A stretch of DNA of 64,000 nucleotides from the NCBI GenBank assembly GCA_963777605.1, contig CAVZRV010000006.1, positions 64,001-128,000 on the forward strand. Direction: 5' to 3'. The position numbers and the translations under genes are program-made. Shown piece after piece: positions 51,422-61,086 of the stretch. The notes beneath the pieces were generated by a model. That model saw nothing but the letters and a program-made list of their open reading frames with translations, was not told where the DNA came from and made no database searches. The number at the start of each line of letters is the position of its first letter. Within the stretch, counting starts at the first letter, position 1. The stretch is from an uncultured Acidobacteriota bacterium. Its GTDB lineage: Bacteria; Acidobacteriota; UBA6911; RPQK01; JAPXNP01.

Positions 51422-51488
51422 GGCAGAATCATAGCGTGGCCGCATCAATCGAGCAATTGACTAATCATCAGGATCGGACAAGACTCAA

Positions 51489-52873
51489 GTGGTGAACATT
51501 TCGGAAGAACAGGCCCACCGTCATCCACCAGGCTAGCCTGCGCATTCTGGATTCCACCGGCATTCAACTCGAGCACGACGAGGTCGTCTCGCGATTGATC
51601 AGTGCGGGAGCCCGGCCCGGAGACCGGGCCAACCTGGTCAGGATTCCGGGAGGCCTCGTCCACGAAGCCCTTGATCGAGCTCCCGGCGAGGTCCTCCTTG
51701 CCGACCTGGCCGGCGGCGTTGCAACCCTCACGGCCCGAAGCAAGGCGATGTACTGGACCAACCCCGGGCTCCTGATCCAGGACGGAGACAACCCGCGGGA
51801 GGTCACATCAGCCGACCTCGCCAGGGTCGCCCGGCTCTGTGATCGCCTTGAGAACGTTGGCGGGGTGATGGGCATGGCCATGGCCGACATTCCACCCCAT
51901 CACCGCGATTTTGTCGGAGTCCGGGTCATCGCCGAAAACTGCCGCAAGCATGTACGGGCACTTTGCTTCACTCCGCGAGGGATGGAGGCACTGGGAGCGA
52001 TGCATCCCGTATTCGAAGGGAACTGGCTCAGCATCGGCTTCACCGCCCACGGACCACTGAGGTGGACCCACCTGGCACTCGATATTTTCCTGCGCAGTTC
52101 CGGAAGAGGTATCCCGGCGACCATCAACGGGGAACCGATGGCCGGAGTGACCGGCCCGGTCACCCTGGCTGGTTCGATTGCCGTCGGCAATGCCGAGATC
52201 CTCGCTGGGATTGTCGTCAACCAGATTCTCGAGCCTGGCCGACCCGTGATCTACAACCTGGGCCTGGCTCACACCTTCGACATGCGCTACGCAACCGCCG
52301 TCACGGGTGGACCCGAGAACGCCCTTTTTGCCGCAGCCAGTGCCGCCATGGGACGGTACTACAACCTGCCATCCGCGTCCTGGGTCTCGACCGATTCTCT
52401 CTTCGACGATTCCCAGGCCGCCCTTGAAAAAATGTTCGGGTTCCAGACCCACTCGGCGTCCGGTGTTTCCTTGGTCTGGGGAATGGGACAACTGGAAAGC
52501 GAAAAGAAAATCAGCCTGGTTCAGCTCGTCCTGGACAACGAGATGATCAACTATTGCAACCGCTTCCAGCGCGGCATCGAATTCGATCCGGACTCGATTC
52601 AGGTTCCGCTTATCGAACATGTCGGCGCCCTGCGGCTCGTTTCTCGAAACCGACCACACGTTTACCCACTTCAGAGAGGCCTTCTGGGAACCTGGGCTGC
52701 TCAATCGCCAGGCGGCGACGCCGGACTCCCGGCCCGTGGAAGTACTCGCCGCCGCGAAAGCGGACGCACTCCTCCGCGAGGAACCGCTGTCCCGGCAAGA
52801 TCAGGATCGTGTCAGAGCCCTGCGGGAAATTGAGGCGTATTACCGTCGAAGTTCGGAGGACGTTTGGAACTGA
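51489..52873 (+). CDS. MttB-superfamily methyltransferase (non-pyrrolysine), frameshifted at both ends
   Basis: NISEEQA / IHQASLRIL...GVTGPVTLAG, NAEILAG, PGRPVIY, FDMR, GGPE / GSFLETDHT; frameshifts near 51515 and 52628; start uncertain. Confidence 0.85.
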
Positions 52874-52946
52874 GCGAAGTTTACCAGACCGGAAATCTCT
52901 GGTATGAGATGAATATGGATCCAAATTCAAGGAGGTCTCTTTTACG

Positions 52947-54266
52947 ATGAGTATTTCAAGACGGGCTTTTTTGGGCTCTTCCGCCGCCGCAGTGATCACT
53001 GCCGGGGCCGCTTCCAGAAGTGAGATCTGGGGAGCCAACGACCGGATAGGCACGTGCGTGATCGGGTTCAACGGACGCGGTGGAGAACATATTCGCCAGA
53101 TTTTGAAAGAGCCTGGTGCCGAAATCGTCGCTCTTTGCGACGTTGACTCCCGGGTCCTCGAAGCCGGCATTGCCGAGGTCGCGAAAGCCCAGGGAAAGGC
53201 GCCAAAAGCCTATCGTGACGTTCGTGACGTAATGGCTGACCCATCCATTGACGCAATCACAACAGCCACTCCCAACCATTGGCACTCCCTGATCACGGTT
53301 TGGGGCTGCCAGGCAGGCAAAGACGTCTACGTCGAAAAGCCGATGGCGCACGAACCGTATGAAGGCCGACAGTGCGTTGCGGCAGCCAAGAAATATGGCC
53401 GCATCGTCCAGCACGGTACGCAGTCACGCTCCGATCACACTCTCATCCGCGACATGAAGTTGATGCACGAGGGTTTCATCGGAAAGATCGTGCAGTCTCG
53501 CGGCGTCGTCTATAAGAACGGAAACCGCCAGGCCATCGGCCACGGTGCAGTCGGCCCAGTTCCCTCATACCTGGACTGGACGCTCTGGCAGGGCCCGGCC
53601 ATGGAACAACCCTTTCTGATCAACAAGGACCACCCAGACAAGCCCGGTCTCTACGTTCACTACGACTGGCACTGGTTCTGGAACTACGGAAACGGAGAGA
53701 TCGGAAACCAGGGTGTCCATCAGATGGATATCGCCTGCTGGTCCCACAATCGCGGCAAGCCCGTCAAAGTGACGAGCACCGGAGGACGCTATGCCTGGGA
53801 CGACGACGGCCAGACTCCGAACACTCAGGCAACCCAGTTCACATACGCAGACGGCTCCATTCTGACGTTCGACGTCCGCAACCTGGGATCGTTCTGGGAA
53901 GGGGGCGAAGAGGCGGGAGCCAGCACCAACAGCGCTTTCGGTGAAACCGGCTACTGGGTCTACAATCGGGGGTTTTTCGACTACAAGAACAAGCCGATGG
54001 AAGTCACCGAACCCCTTCCCGAGGATATCGGCCCCTTTACCCGGTTCTTCCGCGCTGTACGTTCGCGGAAACTGTCCGATGTACCGGTCAGCGTCGAAGA
54101 GGCCCACCTGGCTTGTCTGCACTGCCAACTGGGAAATATCGCGTATCGAACGGGACACACACTCTTCTTTGAAGGCCAATCGGAGCGCTTTCTGAACTGC
54201 GAGGAAGCCAACCAGTTGCTCAAACGGGAGTATCGGCAAGGATTTGAGATTCCCGAGAGTGTTTGA
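52947..54266 (+). CDS. Tat-exported Gfo/Idh/MocA oxidoreductase
   Basis: SRRAFL, GFNGRG, TPNHWH, VYVEKP, GVHQMD, QLGNIAYR. Confidence 0.93.
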   Translation: MSISRRAFLGSSAAAVITAGAASRSEIWGANDRIGTCVIGFNGRGGEHIRQILKEPGAEIVALCDVDSRVLEAGIAEVAKAQGKAPKAYRDVRDVMADPSIDAITTATPNHWHSLITVWGCQAGKDVYVEKPMAHEPYEGRQCVAAAKKYGRIVQHGTQSRSDHTLIRDMKLMHEGFIGKIVQSRGVVYKNGNRQAIGHGAVGPVPSYLDWTLWQGPAMEQPFLINKDHPDKPGLYVHYDWHWFWNYGNGEIGNQGVHQMDIACWSHNRGKPVKVTSTGGRYAWDDDGQTPNTQATQFTYADGSILTFDVRNLGSFWEGGEEAGASTNSAFGETGYWVYNRGFFDYKNKPMEVTEPLPEDIGPFTRFFRAVRSRKLSDVPVSVEEAHLACLHCQLGNIAYRTGHTLFFEGQSERFLNCEEANQLLKREYRQGFEIPESV

Positions 54267-54312
54267 TCACAAGCCGCAGGCAACGACATCTCTTTGACCA
54301 GGGAGGTTTTCG

Positions 54313-55143
54313 ATGGAAAATTCTTTCAATCGGCGCAAGTTCCTCGTGACGTCCGCTTCAGTCGTGGCATTGACCGGAGTGGGACCGGTCGAGGCTCGAA
54401 ACGCCCCGGGCGAACTGAAGCTCGGGGTTGCCACCTACTCACTTCGCAAGTTCCCAAGAGACAAGGCGATCGAGATACTGAAACAGCTCGACGTCTCCTA
54501 TGTCAGCATCAAGTCCTTTCACCTGCCCTACGAAGGCTCCGCCCAGGAGACCGCGGCCGGGAGCCAGGAGTTTCGGGATGCCGGGTTCACGGTTCTGAGT
54601 GGTGGCAACATCAGTCTCCAGAATCCGGCCGAGCTGCGTGCCATGTTCGAGTATGCCAAGGCGGCCGGAATGCCGATGATGGTCTGTGCCCCGACGCCCC
54701 AAACCCTGGACGCGGTCGAAAAGCTGGTCCAGGAGTTCAACATCAAGATTGCGATTCACAATCACGGTCCGGAAGACAACGAGTTCCCTTCCCCCGAAAG
54801 TGCCCTGGTTGCTCTGAAGGGAAGGGACCGGCGGATGGGTCTCTGTATCGACGTCGGCCACACGGCCCGGACGGGAGCCGATGTCGTGGAGTGGATTCGA
54901 AGGGCGGGGCCCCGTCTCTTCGACGTCCACATCAAGGACCTAGCCGACCTGATGGCCGCCGACAGCCAGGTCGCGGTCGGTCAGGGAGCCATGCCGGTTA
55001 CCGCGATTTTCCGACAACTCCTGGACATGAACTACCAGGGCGGCGTCATGCTCGAGTACGAGATCCATCCCGACGATCCCCTGCCGGGCATGATCGAGTC
55101 CATCGCATACATGCGGGGAGTTCTGGACGGCTTGGCTGTCTAG
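54313..55143 (+). CDS. Tat-exported sugar phosphate isomerase/epimerase (TIM barrel)
   Basis: NRRKFL, AIHNHG, DVGH, HIKD, LEYE. Confidence 0.9.
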   Translation: MENSFNRRKFLVTSASVVALTGVGPVEARNAPGELKLGVATYSLRKFPRDKAIEILKQLDVSYVSIKSFHLPYEGSAQETAAGSQEFRDAGFTVLSGGNISLQNPAELRAMFEYAKAAGMPMMVCAPTPQTLDAVEKLVQEFNIKIAIHNHGPEDNEFPSPESALVALKGRDRRMGLCIDVGHTARTGADVVEWIRRAGPRLFDVHIKDLADLMAADSQVAVGQGAMPVTAIFRQLLDMNYQGGVMLEYEIHPDDPLPGMIESIAYMRGVLDGLAV

Positions 55144-55189
55144 ACCGAATCCCTCCAGTCGAGACCTTTTCGATGCCCTGTCCGGGCGA

Positions 55190-55490
55190 GAAAGTCCTCC
55201 GCCCGGACAGCCTTCTCCGAACGGATCGAAAGATTTCCCAGGTGGCCGGCTGCCGCTGACTTTATTGAACGTGCCAGTGATCGGGGGCACCGATGATGAC
55301 CGCGTCAATATCCGTGCGTTCCAGGTGCCTTCGATCGTCCACCACCTCATCCGCGCCTGGAGCCAGTTCCGTTTTGGCGCGACTCCGGTTCAGTCCGTAA
55401 CCATCACACACCGCAGCGAACTCGGTTCCACCTGCGTTATTCGCCAGCCGCATGAGGTACCGGCATCGCCCGCCGGTACCGACCGCCCCC
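55190..55490 (-). pseudogene. internally deleted Gfo/Idh/MocA oxidoreductase relic
   Basis: GAVGTGGRCRYL...AVCD...DAVIIGAPDHWHVQ then a stop; immediately after, in another frame, the C-terminal motif GHLGNLSIRS. Confidence 0.75.
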
Positions 55491-57047
55491 GGAAGAAGAC
55501 GAAGGAAAGAGTCTCACCACCATTACGCCGTGAGGCCCAATGCTGGCGTAAAATTCATCCCTGAATCCTTCGAGGTCAACCTGGCGCCATAGGTCTCGAA
55601 CTCTCCCGACTCGCGACAGGCCCAGCTCCGCCCAGCCAACCTTCATTTCCCGGTCCTTCCCGGACAGGTTGAATAGGCCAACCGCGACAGAACCATCCTC
55701 GAGCGGTTTCGCCAGCACGAACTCCTGTGCCGTCTGGCGAAGAACGCGGGCCTGGCGGCCCAGGGAATCCTGGTCGACATCGATGATCTCGGCGTTGCAA
55801 AGCACGTTCAGCGTAAAGTCGTCGAGGCGGCTCATGTCACCCGAGAAGATCAGGGGAGCGGCCATGAGTGCCCACATCGACATATAGCTATATTGCTCGT
55901 TTCCACTCAGAGTGGTCGGACGCCCCTCCCCCATCCGGTGGGCGTCGCCGACCCAGCCGATGAGGATGTAGTCAGGGTCATTCCACGCCCCCGGGCCGGC
56001 ATTGGCGAAATGGGCCGCGTTCTTCAGGCCGATCGAATAGAATCCGGGCAGGCTGGTTGCCGCCTCCAACCCCAGGTCCCCGGTTGTTCTCCAGCACTGT
56101 CCGCCGACACTCTCTCCCCAGTTCCAGACGTCGCCCATCCCGTACTGGCAGAGGTTGAGCAGCACGTCCCGATCGAGTCCCCCCAGGACCCCTCCCATTA
56201 GTCGATAGGGTTTCTCAAGCCGCGGGAGCCCTTCGCCCGTGGCAACCCGTTCATAGGAGCACCAGTCATACTTGAGAAAGTCAAAACCCCACTCGGCGAA
56301 CTGCTCGGCATCGAGCCGCTCATGTTCGTAGCTGCCCGTGTATCCGGCGCAGGTCGTCGGCCCCGGAGAGGTGTACAGGCCGGCCCTCAAACCCTTGGCG
56401 TGAATGTAGTCGGTCATCGCCTTCATGTCTGGAAAGTAGCCGTTCGGAAGGATCGCCCCGTTCCCATCTCTCGCCTCGCCTGCCCGCAGCGGGTCGCTGT
56501 GACCAGGCTTGTTCATCCAGCAGTCGTCTATGTTCACGTACATATACCCGAAATCGGCCATCCCACTGGCCACCATCATGTCGGCGGCCTCCCGCATGAC
56601 GGCATCGGTGACCCGGTCGTAGTGGATGTACCAGCTGTTCCAGCCCATCGGGGGAGTCAGCGCCAGCTTCGATCCGACCACGATCACGAAAGGTCGTTCC
56701 GAGGCACCGGACCCGTTCTCCGCCTTTAAGGTGACGCGGTACCGTCCAGGCTTCCCCGGAACTCTACCGGAAATGATTCCCGATGAAGAATCGAGGACGA
56801 GTCCCTCGGGGAGATCCACGGCGCTGAATCGGATCGGCCGAGTCCCCGTGCAGGGAATCCGATAGGTGAAAGGGTGCCCGGGCCTGGCTCCAAATACCCG
56901 GGGACCATTGATCTGCGGAGCCGGTCCCGGAGCAGGAGTCAGGATGATTGAGGCATCCCCCTGGCTCGCTCCCTCCGCCGGGGCCGTTCCCGAAATCATG
57001 ACTCCGATTATCACCGCGAATGCCAAACCCAGCCGTGTCTTCACCAC
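55437..57047 (-). CDS. GH27 alpha-galactosidase with an N-terminal Ig-like domain
   Basis: LTPPMGWNSW, NIDDCW, DFLKYDWC, WRTTGD, WNDPD. Confidence 0.94.
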   Translation of the reverse strand: MVKTRLGLAFAVIIGVMISGTAPAEGASQGDASIILTPAPGPAPQINGPRVFGARPGHPFTYRIPCTGTRPIRFSAVDLPEGLVLDSSSGIISGRVPGKPGRYRVTLKAENGSGASERPFVIVVGSKLALTPPMGWNSWYIHYDRVTDAVMREAADMMVASGMADFGYMYVNIDDCWMNKPGHSDPLRAGEARDGNGAILPNGYFPDMKAMTDYIHAKGLRAGLYTSPGPTTCAGYTGSYEHERLDAEQFAEWGFDFLKYDWCSYERVATGEGLPRLEKPYRLMGGVLGGLDRDVLLNLCQYGMGDVWNWGESVGGQCWRTTGDLGLEAATSLPGFYSIGLKNAAHFANAGPGAWNDPDYILIGWVGDAHRMGEGRPTTLSGNEQYSYMSMWALMAAPLIFSGDMSRLDDFTLNVLCNAEIIDVDQDSLGRQARVLRQTAQEFVLAKPLEDGSVAVGLFNLSGKDREMKVGWAELGLSRVGRVRDLWRQVDLEGFRDEFYASIGPHGVMVVRLFPSSSSGGGRYRRAMPVPHAAGE

Positions 57048-57132
57048 GTACCTCCTGCCACGTTGATCGAAAGCCCGCTTCCTGGAACTCTAAAGGACCG
57101 CTGCCCTGGAAACAACACTTTGCACGCACCCG

Positions 57133-57162
57133 TTGACAGGCTTCGGCCCGTGTTGAGAGACT
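57133..57162 (+). promoter_or_regulatory. candidate promoter of the ACT-domain gene
   Basis: Perfect TTGACA, 18-nt spacer, GAGACT; the ATG lies 9 nt downstream. Confidence 0.4.
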
Positions 57163-57171
57163 GCCGATTGT

Positions 57172-57948
57172 ATGGTCGATGATCTCTACCTTCCGGTAAA
57201 TGATGAAACCGAGATTGATCGAGTCCTGGTCGGATTTCCGGCGGTCGTCGATCGAAGACAGTTCGTTGAATTCGTTCAAGGCTTCCCGAGGCGTTACCTC
57301 ATCCAGACACCGAAGGTGGAAATCGTCAAGCACTACCTTCTGGCCCAAAGCCTGTCGAGCCATCGAATCATCACGGCGCTTTCCGAAGAGAAGGGTCGCT
57401 GGAAGCTTTCCGTACTCACCCGTGACCGGTCGTTTCTTTTCGCCCAGATTTCAGGGACTCTGAGCTGTTTCGGGATGAACATCGTGACCGCCGAAGCTTT
57501 TGCGAACGCTCACGAAATCGTTCTCGACACCTTCTACCTCGAGGACCCGGCCAACAAGTTCCAAGACACCGGGGAACGCCAGATTTTTCAGGACCTCCTG
57601 GAAGACATCGTTTCCGGAACGATTGCTCTCGAACCGATGCTCCAAAACCTCTGGCCAGATATTGACTCGTGGCAGGAGGAACGGATCGATGTCAGCTTTG
57701 ACAATGAGACTCTCAGCTCCTCAACCCTGATGGGGCTCCGCTGCCGGGACCGGTTCGGTCTCCTCTACCTGACCAGCCACTTCCTCTCGGAGCGCGGTTA
57801 CTCGATCGAGATGGCCTATATCCGTACCAAGGGCGCAGAGGCCGACGACGAGTTCTATCTCAGGATCAACAACCGGAAACTCGAACCGCACCACCTCGAG
57901 GAGTTGCACGAAGCCTTTCAGCACTTCTCCGTTCCCCGCTTCGCGTGA
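57172..57948 (+). CDS. stand-alone tandem ACT-domain protein resembling the GlnD C-terminus
   Basis: FPRRYL linker; ACT1 TRDRSFLFAQISGTLSCFGMNI...VLDTF; ACT2 FDNE...RDRFGLLY...IRTKG..ADDEFY. Confidence 0.85.
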   Translation: MVDDLYLPVNDETEIDRVLVGFPAVVDRRQFVEFVQGFPRRYLIQTPKVEIVKHYLLAQSLSSHRIITALSEEKGRWKLSVLTRDRSFLFAQISGTLSCFGMNIVTAEAFANAHEIVLDTFYLEDPANKFQDTGERQIFQDLLEDIVSGTIALEPMLQNLWPDIDSWQEERIDVSFDNETLSSSTLMGLRCRDRFGLLYLTSHFLSERGYSIEMAYIRTKGAEADDEFYLRINNRKLEPHHLEELHEAFQHFSVPRFA

Positions 57949-58138
57949 CCCGCAACTTCAAGCGAATGATCTTCGGGCCTCCTTGGCGGTGCTGTCAGAC
58001 GATGATCGATTTGAGGTCACGAAAACCAGATCCGCAGTCAGTTCCCTGCGCCTGGTCCAGATTCCGGGCACACAGTACCTGCTAAACCCGTCGAAAACAT
58101 GGCAACTGTGACCTCACCATGTGTTATTTTTGCTGGCC

Positions 58139-59483
58139 ATGAAGCTGTCTCGGCCCTCGATTGTCCCGTCACCTCGATCACTCGTCACATCCGTGTCACT
58201 GCTGGTTGTTGGCGCACTCCTTTTCGGTTCCTGCAGCCAGCGCCCGGACAGCGCCAATGCGTTTCACATGGAGCAGGCGACGCTCTTTCGCGGAACCCGC
58301 CCCTATCCCCTACGAGCCGTCCAATGGGACCGACTGGGAGATCCTGGATTGGGGATCATCGAGAAAGCAAAGGTTCTGAACCAGGTTTGTCGAGTCGGCG
58401 GCAACTCCGTGGTAGTTGAGCTTCCCCGAGTCGAGTGCGTGACCGGTTCTCCGGTCTCGGTCTGGCTCAGCGCAGCAGCCGGACTCGTGGAGGAAACCCG
58501 AAAACGGAGTATGGGGCTGATCCTTCGGGTGGACAGCGATTGCGGAACTCCGCCCTCTGTACTGACTGAGTACCTGGCGAAGGCATTTGGAGCAAATCGC
58601 TCGATTCTGCTCTGGATCGATGGAACCCGCGCTGCCGAGGTCGTCCAAGGCCTTCGATCGTCGCACTCAACGAACGTTCTTGCTCTCTTCCTCCGCCGGT
58701 GCCGATCTCTCGATGCAATCGCAACCGGGAGCTCGTTCGGGTTCCGTCCTTCTGGATCCCGCCGCTCTTGCCGGCGAGAACGAGCACTACATTCTCCTGG
58801 GAGGCGGATCAGCACTGACCCGCCTCGACGAAGTCTATGGACCCACTCAACAGGTTTACGCCGGTCCGCCCGACGGCGAGGGTTTCCGCCCCCTGTTCGA
58901 CGGCACCAGCCTCGACAGTTGGAAGGCATCGGGTGACCCTTCGGGCTGGGGAGTCGTGGATGGAACCATCGCCTGGAAACACCGCGGAGGAGGACGACTC
59001 GAGACGCTGGCCCGCTTTTCGGACTTCGTCCTCCGGCTGGAGTGGAAAATCGAGGATGGTGGCAACAGCGGCCTCTTCATCCGCTGTCCCGCCGCCGGCA
59101 GAGAATCCCGGATCGGCATGGAACTGCAGCTATTCGGTGACTATGGCCAGGCGGCAAACCGTAACGGGACTGCGGCAATCTACGACGTCGTTGCCCCATC
59201 CGAGAATGCCTCCCTGCCCGCCGGAGAATGGAACCGGATGGAAGTCGAATGCCGGGGGTCAAACCTGCGTGTAGAACTCAACGGGAAGACCGTCCAGGAC
59301 CTCGACCTGGACACAGTTCCAGAACTGAGCGTGCGCCTTCGCGACGGCTTTATCGCGTTGCAGGACCATGGAGACCCGATCGAGTTTCGCAGTATCCGGA
59401 TCAAGCCTCTCGAAGCAAGTCTCAACAGCTCGGATTCCTCGGATCAACAGCCGGTACCGGCAACAGGCCCAGTTCAACCTTAG
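58139..59483 (+). CDS. lipoprotein with a C-terminal DUF1080 (3-keto-disaccharide hydrolase) domain, frameshift near 58680
   Basis: Lipobox LLFGSC in one frame; FRPLFDG, GNSGLFIR, GEWN, GFIALQDHG, FRSIRIK in another. Confidence 0.8.
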
Positions 59484-59487
59484 TGCG

Positions 59488-60957
59488 TTACTCGTAATAC
59501 CACTTTGACATCCAGGGATCGCAAGTCCGGCGCTGAAACTCCTTCAGTTTTCCCTTGAGTTCCTCCAGCACGCTCGCGAAGTCCGGGTCTCCGGCAAGGT
59601 TCTTCGATTCCCAGGGGTCCTTGACGATGTCGTAGAGTTCGAACTCGGGCCGATGAATGTATTCCCCGACGGTTCGGGCTCCGTAGGGAGTCTCTGGTCC
59701 TTTTCGATAGGCGGCCTGCCAGGTTGCAGCAGCCCAAAGATCGGACGCAAATGGAAACGGCAGCGGATGGGCAATGTTCCAGATCAGCTTGTACTGACGG
59801 GTTCGGACGGCCCTCATCGGGTAGTACATCTGGAGCTCGTGAAAGGTGTGTGAAGCATAGGCCTCATCCCAGCCTTCCGGGTGCTCCTGCTCGAGAATCC
59901 CGAGGAAGGAGCGTCCGTGCAACCGGTGACGAGCGGGGAATTGGTCCCGCACGGCCGGAATGGTCACCTGATTCTCATATTCGGGTTGCTCGACCCCTGC
60001 AAAGTCCAGGATCGTCGGCGTGAGATCCGCCCAGTTCACCAGGGCGTCGTTTACAACTCCCCGCTTCACAAGATAGGGATTTCTGACGATGCAGGGCGAC
60101 TTCAACCCCGGTTCGTAAACCGTCGTTTTGGCACCAGGAAAAGCGATTCCATGATCCGAAATGTAGATGAACAGCGTGTCGTCAAACACGCCGATATCCT
60201 CGAGTACCTCGACCAGCATCCCGACTCCCTGGTCGAGACGGGACACGGACTGGTAATACTGGGCCAACTCAGCCCGGGCTTCCGGTGAGTCGGGAAGGAA
60301 CGGCGGCACGATCACCTCCGACGGGTCATAAGTGATCGTCCGGATATCCGGGTATCCGTCCGGCCGGTTGCCGAACCGGTCCGGACGAAGGGGAGACGAC
60401 TCGACCACCCCCCCTCCGCGGTGCGGATCCGAGACACAAAAGTAAAGGAAAAAGGGCTCTTCGGTCGACTTCTCGATGAAGCCGCGACACTTGGCGATCA
60501 TCTCGGACGGGCTTCGCTCCGAACCGGGGTAAAACTCGTCGAACTGATAGACCGACTCGGGAGCGACGTGGTACTTGCCGACTGACGCGGTCCGATAGCC
60601 TTTCTCCCCCAGTAGAACCGGCAGGCTCTTGAGGTTTTCAAATGACCAGAAGTGGTTGTAGTCGTGCTGGTGTCCATACTGGCCGGTCCTGTGGTTGTAG
60701 AGCCCGGTCAGGATCACCGATCGACTGGCACTGCAGCTCGCAGTCGTCGCAAATGCGTTGGTGAACCGGGTGCCTCCCTCGGCCAGGGAATCCAGGTGCG
60801 GCGTCTGCACGACCGGGTTTCCATAGCAGCCGGCATCCTGCCCGTGGTCGTCGGCCACGAACAGAACGATATTCCGCTTAGCCGCGTAGCCATTCCGGGC
60901 ACCAGCCAGCATCAACAGAACAAACCCGAAGACAATAACCCTACCGAGTTTCATCAC
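59488..60957 (-). CDS. secreted Cys-type sulfatase (sulfamidase-like)
   Basis: NIVLFVADDHG, CSASR...LTG, VGKYH, DPH, SDHG. Confidence 0.93.
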   Translation of the reverse strand: MMKLGRVIVFGFVLLMLAGARNGYAAKRNIVLFVADDHGQDAGCYGNPVVQTPHLDSLAEGGTRFTNAFATTASCSASRSVILTGLYNHRTGQYGHQHDYNHFWSFENLKSLPVLLGEKGYRTASVGKYHVAPESVYQFDEFYPGSERSPSEMIAKCRGFIEKSTEEPFFLYFCVSDPHRGGGVVESSPLRPDRFGNRPDGYPDIRTITYDPSEVIVPPFLPDSPEARAELAQYYQSVSRLDQGVGMLVEVLEDIGVFDDTLFIYISDHGIAFPGAKTTVYEPGLKSPCIVRNPYLVKRGVVNDALVNWADLTPTILDFAGVEQPEYENQVTIPAVRDQFPARHRLHGRSFLGILEQEHPEGWDEAYASHTFHELQMYYPMRAVRTRQYKLIWNIAHPLPFPFASDLWAAATWQAAYRKGPETPYGARTVGEYIHRPEFELYDIVKDPWESKNLAGDPDFASVLEELKGKLKEFQRRTCDPWMSKWYYE

Positions 60958-61086
60958 AACCTCCGGTCGGGAATTCTAGCACCGCCTCCCAAGCTTCGAC
61001 ACCCCAGGCCGGCGTGCACGGCCAGGCTGCCCACCGCCGTGCTTCTTGAACTCGAATGATGGGCTCCGGTATCTTTGTGTGCAAGC

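Noticed and set aside
51530-51540. TAG near the mttB 5' end as a pyrrolysine codon
   Set aside because: It lies in the shifted frame. The conserved IHQASLRIL is in another frame, and the Pyl site of MttB is far from the N-terminus.
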